Shown here piece by piece: positions 59,259 through 64,000 of a stretch of DNA of 64,000 bases. Below the pieces are notes generated by a model that was not told the DNA's origin, searched no databases, and was given only the letters and a program-made list of their open reading frames with translations. Position 1 is the first letter of the stretch. Every line of letters starts with the position of its first letter. The position numbers were made by a program, and so were the translations under genes. The stretch lies in NCBI GenBank assembly GCA_049472335.1, contig JBLIRO010000005.1, positions 1 to 64,000 on the forward strand. Reading direction: 5' to 3'. Source of the DNA: a bacterium (lineage in GTDB: Bacteria > SZUA-182 > DTGQ01 > JAFGSM01).

Positions 59259-59924
59259 ATGTTTAAGAGATTAAATGTATTGGCAATATTGATTGCAGCT
59301 ATTTTTATATTAACAACCGCGTTTGGCTCATCTCTTGCGATTGCGGCAGATGATGATGAACCGTCAAAAAGCGCTTCATGGCATGAGACAACTTTCCAGA
59401 CCGATGCATGGGGGAGGACCTGGACAGTTGGACAATTCGGACCGGATGTGGGATACGGAGAGCAAGGGTCTATTTATGAATATACAGATCCAATGTCAGG
59501 GGCTTATATCAGTTATTCCAGCACCAGTATGGGTGTAGGAGCTGGTGGTCCTATGATGGGATATGGTGGAATGTTCAGCCCTCTAGCTCAGATTTCTTAC
59601 GGACCTTATGCCGGTGGGGGAAGGCCGCAGGTACAATCGACCCCTGGCTATGATACCATGGGCTATCTTTCAGGATCTCTTTGGGGCAATAATACCAGCT
59701 ACTATCAAGCCCAACCGAATTTTATGGCTCAGATGATGTTTGGCCTTGGTGGATTTGGTGGCGGTCTGTTTGGCGGCGGCGGCTATGGCGGTGGTTACTC
59801 TGGCGCTTACTCTGGTGGCTATGGTGCTTCTTATGGTGGCTTCGGAGGATATTCACCTTTTGGCGGCTTCGGCGGCTTCAGTGGATTTGGCGGCTTCGGT
59901 GGTTATCCTACGAGAATTTACTAA
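59259..59924 (+). CDS. Secreted Gly/Tyr/Phe-rich low-complexity protein
   Basis: AGGAGG RBS, signal peptide ending AIA-A, GGF/GGY repeats in the C-terminal third. Confidence 0.82.
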   Translation: MFKRLNVLAILIAAIFILTTAFGSSLAIAADDDEPSKSASWHETTFQTDAWGRTWTVGQFGPDVGYGEQGSIYEYTDPMSGAYISYSSTSMGVGAGGPMMGYGGMFSPLAQISYGPYAGGGRPQVQSTPGYDTMGYLSGSLWGNNTSYYQAQPNFMAQMMFGLGGFGGGLFGGGGYGGGYSGAYSGGYGASYGGFGGYSPFGGFGGFSGFGGFGGYPTRIY

Positions 59925-60009
59925 TCTGAATTTGGTTTACTAATGATATAATGATCTTACAAGAAGTCTTGGAAAGGTTGAACGTTGAGTAGAATTGCGG
60001 TTGCTTTCG

Positions 60010-60050
60010 AAGGCCGGGCTTCTGGCAAAAGAAGTCCGGCCTTTTATTTT
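60010..60050. terminator. Intrinsic terminator between convergent genes
   Basis: AAGGCCGGGCTTCT-N6-AGAAGTCCGGCCTT followed by a T-rich tail. Confidence 0.75.
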
Positions 60051-61123
60051 GGAAATGCCCTGTAAGCCTCCTCCAGGAAAACCAGGAATCTGTCGGACTC
60101 CAAATCAAAATCCTCTTTTATACGAATTTGCACCTGTTCCGTATCTTTATCCCAATCCTTAATAAATACTGAGCTTAGTGCAGGTTCTTCCTCTTGAAAA
60201 ATTTCTTCATTATCGAACTGGGCAATTTTAAGGGTCATAGCAATATCATCTAAACTAAATGAACCCATGCTTACAAAGAAATCCAGCCTGAGAATATTCG
60301 GAGCGGTAGTAATATTCAGCCAATCCGAGCTTCTAATCCGATAGGTTATGTAACTTTTCTGATTCCATATGGGACCGTCCATATTAAAATTTTCATGAAG
60401 TATCTTGTCCAGCTTTAGACACATCTGCTTAGTTTCAGGGCTGCATCTTTTATCCAGGTGCCATATCTTCCATTTTGAATCCAAATCGTCCTCTTCGGGC
60501 TCTGATTCTTCTGCTTCGAAGATATTATCCGGCTGAGCCGCAATTATAAAATTAGGCTGTATCAGTATTATCTCTCCATCCTTGAAAGCCTGTAATTCGA
60601 CAACCGTAATATGAACACCTTGTTCCTTCAGCCAGGTTGCAAACTTGACTATCTTTTCATTGATTTCAGAGCCCGCAATAACCACCCTTTGGTATCTATT
60701 TATTTCCGGTTTTTCCCCTACTCCGGAATCCTCACAGAATGACTCAAATAATGCATTTAAATTGAAACCAGTATCACCGGTTTTTCCCAGAAAGGTCCTC
60801 GACTGGGTTTCAAAATCCTCAAGCCCCCATTTGGAAATGTGACTTACATATTTAAGTGCGCTAAATTCCGATTTATCTTTTTTATCCTTACCTATAAGTT
60901 CAATAATTACTGAATTTCCTCGCCTGTCAAGGGCCAGAAAATCCAATTTATCATCTGTTTCAGGAATTAAAACCTGTTGACCGATTAATAAAAACGGCTC
61001 CCCTAAAATTCGAGGATCAGCGATAATCTTTTCATTAAGATCTTCGTCCAGAAATTTTTCCTGGGCAATTCGCATTTCAGGCTTATATCTTTTCTTCCTA
61101 TCCGCAATCTTCCATTCAGGCAT
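60044..61123 (-). CDS. NucS/DUF91-like PD-(D/E)xK-fold protein with degenerate active site
   Basis: LLIGQQV...LDFLALDRRGNSVIIEL and ALKY..RVVIAG pattern. ExK lysine missing (IELIG). Confidence 0.65.
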   Translation of the reverse strand: MPEWKIADRKKRYKPEMRIAQEKFLDEDLNEKIIADPRILGEPFLLIGQQVLIPETDDKLDFLALDRRGNSVIIELIGKDKKDKSEFSALKYVSHISKWGLEDFETQSRTFLGKTGDTGFNLNALFESFCEDSGVGEKPEINRYQRVVIAGSEINEKIVKFATWLKEQGVHITVVELQAFKDGEIILIQPNFIIAAQPDNIFEAEESEPEEDDLDSKWKIWHLDKRCSPETKQMCLKLDKILHENFNMDGPIWNQKSYITYRIRSSDWLNITTAPNILRLDFFVSMGSFSLDDIAMTLKIAQFDNEEIFQEEEPALSSVFIKDWDKDTEQVQIRIKEDFDLESDRFLVFLEEAYRAFPK

Positions 61124-61253
61124 TCTTATTTATGTTCTCCATCTTTTTACAAGGTATCATTCCCCAGGGAAAAAATAAAATCAGAGGGAATTAAATGTTA
61201 TAAAAAATTTATCAAAAATTACCAATTTATATAGACAATGTCAAGACTTGCCT

Positions 61254-61281
61254 TTGATACCCTTTAGCTAAAGGGTATCAA
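61254..61281. promoter_or_regulatory. 28-bp perfect palindrome in the divergent NucS-like/uvrA spacer
   Basis: TTGATACCCTTTAG|CTAAAGGGTATCAA. Confidence 0.55.
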
Positions 61282-61590
61282 TATTGTTTAAAGCCGGACA
61301 TTAAAAACATTCATAGGCCCTTATCGAAAAGGCTTCTCATTTTAACCTGAATCTTCTTCTCTTTATTATGGTTTTTATTCATGATTTTGAAAATATCATT
61401 TGATTATTTGTTTTGACAAAACACTAAATCTTTTCTATACTTTTTGGTGTAAAAATGAATTGTTTTATCATTTTTCTCTTTCCTCTTTACTCAAGCTGAG
61501 GTAGAGATTTAGCGGCCTTGACTTTTTACGAATCCATCAATTTTGACATTCAATCTTAACCATCGATTAAAAATTCAATAAAAATTTTTT

Positions 61591-64000
61591 ATGGATGACA
61601 ACAAAGACTACTTTATAAGGATCAAAGGGGCAAGACAAAATAATCTAAAAGGCTTCGACTGCCGGATACCCCTGAATCAGATCACGGTGATCACCGGTGT
61701 GAGCGGCTCAGGAAAGTCGAGTCTCGCATTCGACACCCTCTACGCTGAAGGTCAGAGGCGTTACATAGAGACCTTCTCACCCTATGCCAGACAGTTCATG
61801 GATCGAATGGATAAGCCAAATGTGGAAAGTATCGAAGGCATTCCCCCTGCCATCGCCATTGAACAGGGGAGCCCGGTCCGGACATCCAGATCCACAGTAG
61901 GAACAATCACAGAGCTAACCGATTTTACAAAACTCCTGTTCGCCAGGATCGGTGAGCTATATTGCCGAAATTGTTCGAGAAAGGTCATCCGGGATACCCC
62001 GGACTCCATCTGGGAAGCATTGTCAAAAGAAAGGCAGGATAGCCGGATAATCATTGCATTCCCTTGTCAAAAGGGGGACCTCGATCCTAAACTGGTCAGG
62101 GAAGGATTGATGCGTGAGGGTTTTTCCAGGGTGATTGAGGGAGAGGAAGTCATAGAAATAGAATCTTCAAGACTGGATTCTCCTTCCATTAAGGTAGTTG
62201 TGGACCGTCTTGTATTAAAGCAGGAAATAAAAAGCAGGGCAATCGATTCCATAGAACAGGCCTTGCGGTTCGGACACGGCCGTGCACTCGTTAAGGTCAT
62301 GGACAATGGAACTCTGATGTTCAGCTCACATTTACACTGTGCTTACTGCGATATTAATTATAAAGATCCTATGCCTAACCTCTTCTCCTTTAACAGCCCT
62401 TTGGGTGCCTGCAGCACATGCAGGGGGTTCGGAAGGACCATAGATATCGATCTTGAAAAGGTGATCCCCAATCCGAGGCTCTCACTCGAATCAGGGGCTA
62501 TTAGACCCTGGGACACAGATAGCCATGAATATCGAGATCTTATTAGATTCTGCAATCGCTCAGGAATCCCTGTCCATATCCCTTTTAACCAATTAAAGGA
62601 GGAAGAGAAACAAGCGATCATAGAAGGAGGTAATGGGTTCTATGGTGTGAAAGGATTTTTCAGATGGCTCGAGAGCAAGTCCTACAAGATGCATGTACGG
62701 GTATTTCTTTCACGATACAGGGGCTATTTCACATGTCCCGTCTGCAGGGGCGCCCGGTTCAAGCCTGAAGCTCTTCTTTATAGGATTGGCAATCTCAATA
62801 TCGCTCAGATCTATTCCCTGTCCATAGAAAGGGCCTCTGATTTTTTCGAAAAACTTTCCAAAGACCGGCTTGATGACGCGTCCAGCATGATCATGACAGA
62901 GATCACGAACAGGTTAAGATATCTAAACGAGATAGGCCTCTCTTACCTTGCACTGGATCGGCAGTCCCGGACTCTTTCAGGGGGTGAGGTAGAAAGGGTC
63001 AGTCTCACCAAGGCACTGGGATCATCTCTGGTAAACACACTCTATGTCCTTGATGAACCCAGTGTCGGACTCCATCCGAGGGACAGCAAACGTCTTGTAA
63101 GGCTGTTAAATGAGCTTTCCGAACATAACACGGTTATTGTGGTGGAACATGATCCTGAAATTATTCGCGGTGGCCATAATCTCCTGGATCTGGGTCCGGG
63201 GGCGGGGAAAGATGGCGGCAGGGTGGTTTACTCCGGCCCCATATCCGAAATCCATACTGCCGGGGAATCAACAACCATCGATTACCTTACAGGAAGGTCA
63301 GAGATCCCTATACCTCCCCGGCGCAGACAGCCGGAGCCTGAAAGATTTATCCGAATTTACGGTTGCAGCGAGCATAACCTGAAAAACATCGATATCTCAA
63401 TCCCTCTCGGTCTTATGGTCTGTATCACTGGTGTCTCCGGCTCCGGAAAAAGCACACTTGCCGAAGATATCATATTTAAAGGTATTCGCAAAGAGAAAGG
63501 ATTCTCTGCCGAAAGACCGGGCATGTATAATTCAATGGAGGGTCTCGATAATATTGAAAACTGCGTCTTGATAGATCAAAGCCCCATTGGCAGGACACCA
63601 AGATCCAATCCCCTGACCTATATAGGGGCCTTTGACCCGATACGCAAATTGCTCTCACAAACACCTGTTGCAAAAGAGAGAGGATATAAACCGGGTATAT
63701 TCTCCTTCAATGTCCCGGGGGGCAGATGTGAGACCTGTATGGGAAACGGTTTCGAAAAGGTTGAGATGCAGTTTCTTTCCGACATATTTATTACATGCCC
63801 GGACTGCAAAGGACTTCGCTTCAGGAGAGAAGTACTCGATGTCACATACAAGGGAAAATCCGTAGGGGATATCCTTGGTATGACCCTTTCGGAGGCAAAT
63901 GCCTTCTTTGCAGATATACCCGCAATCACAGCCATGTTTAAACCCATAATGGATTCAGGATTGGAATACCTCTGTCTTGGCCAGCCCATTAATACCCTTT
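61591..64000 (+). CDS. uvrA: Excinuclease ABC subunit UvrA (runs off the window; absent from the ORF track)
   Basis: Manual translation MDDNKDYFIRIKGARQNNLK..TGVSGSGKSSLAFDTLYAEGQRRY. LSGGE/LDEP at about 62975-63060, second GVSGSGKS at about 63430, zinc-finger CxxC pairs, all in one frame. Confidence 0.96.
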   Translation, partial: MDDNKDYFIRIKGARQNNLKGFDCRIPLNQITVITGVSGSGKSSLAFDTLYAEGQRRYIETFSPYARQFMDRMDKPNVESIEGIPPAIAIEQGSPVRTSRSTVGTITELTDFTKLLFARIGELYCRNCSRKVIRDTPDSIWEALSKERQDSRIIIAFPCQKGDLDPKLVREGLMREGFSRVIEGEEVIEIESSRLDSPSIKVVVDRLVLKQEIKSRAIDSIEQALRFGHGRALVKVMDNGTLMFSSHLHCAYCDINYKDPMPNLFSFNSPLGACSTCRGFGRTIDIDLEKVIPNPRLSLESGAIRPWDTDSHEYRDLIRFCNRSGIPVHIPFNQLKEEEKQAIIEGGNGFYGVKGFFRWLESKSYKMHVRVFLSRYRGYFTCPVCRGARFKPEALLYRIGNLNIAQIYSLSIERASDFFEKLSKDRLDDASSMIMTEITNRLRYLNEIGLSYLALDRQSRTLSGGEVERVSLTKALGSSLVNTLYVLDEPSVGLHPRDSKRLVRLLNELSEHNTVIVVEHDPEIIRGGHNLLDLGPGAGKDGGRVVYSGPISEIHTAGESTTIDYLTGRSEIPIPPRRRQPEPERFIRIYGCSEHNLKNIDISIPLGLMVCITGVSGSGKSTLAEDIIFKGIRKEKGFSAERPGMYNSMEGLDNIENCVLIDQSPIGRTPRSNPLTYIGAFDPIRKLLSQTPVAKERGYKPGIFSFNVPGGRCETCMGNGFEKVEMQFLSDIFITCPDCKGLRFRREVLDVTYKGKSVGDILGMTLSEANAFFADIPAITAMFKPIMDSGLEYLCLGQPINTL

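Noticed and set aside
61782..63989. Short ORFs listed in the track over this region
   Set aside because: They overlap the long uvrA frame, which the track missed because it has no stop in the window.

Overview
Bacterial chromosomal window, probably from an anaerobic deltaproteobacterium-like (Desulfobacterota or related) lineage. That assignment is inferred from the RomR-like gene beside valS, the sigma-54 regulation, the multiheme cytochrome and the HydB-type flavoprotein. The housekeeping backbone comprises recD2, tig-clpP-clpX-lon-der-truA, three tRNAs, rodZ-ppx, mutL-miaA, valS-nadC-birA-coaX-(DnaD-like)-(DnaC-like)-tsaB, larB-larC, galT and a uvrA running off the right edge. The window opens in the 3' end of an IS4-family element. 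Five things stand out. (1) A five-gene minus-strand operon (44696-39035) couples a HydB/NuoF-type flavoprotein, a ferredoxin-NuoE fusion and a pseudo-receiver-NuoG-like Fe-S subunit to a ferric-reductase-type di-heme membrane protein and a nonaheme cytochrome c. A 4x[4Fe-4S] ferredoxin appears split across two of the subunits, and there is no hydrogenase or formate dehydrogenase catalytic subunit. (2) An IscS-like protein has lost its PLP-binding Lys and His but kept the active Cys, in an operon with IscU-DUF59, TusA and DsrE2. (3) A small gene behind a sigma-54 promoter resembles the Fis-like dimerisation helices of the divergently encoded NtrC-family activator, and is a candidate anti-activator. 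(4) An AT-rich PIN + Cas2/VapD-like cassette flanked by REP-like TGCCTAAAG motifs sits between nadC and birA. (5) Three secreted low-complexity proteins are present; two lie behind sigma-54 promoters and two share a C-terminal motif. All calls come from motif reading by eye; no database searches were run.
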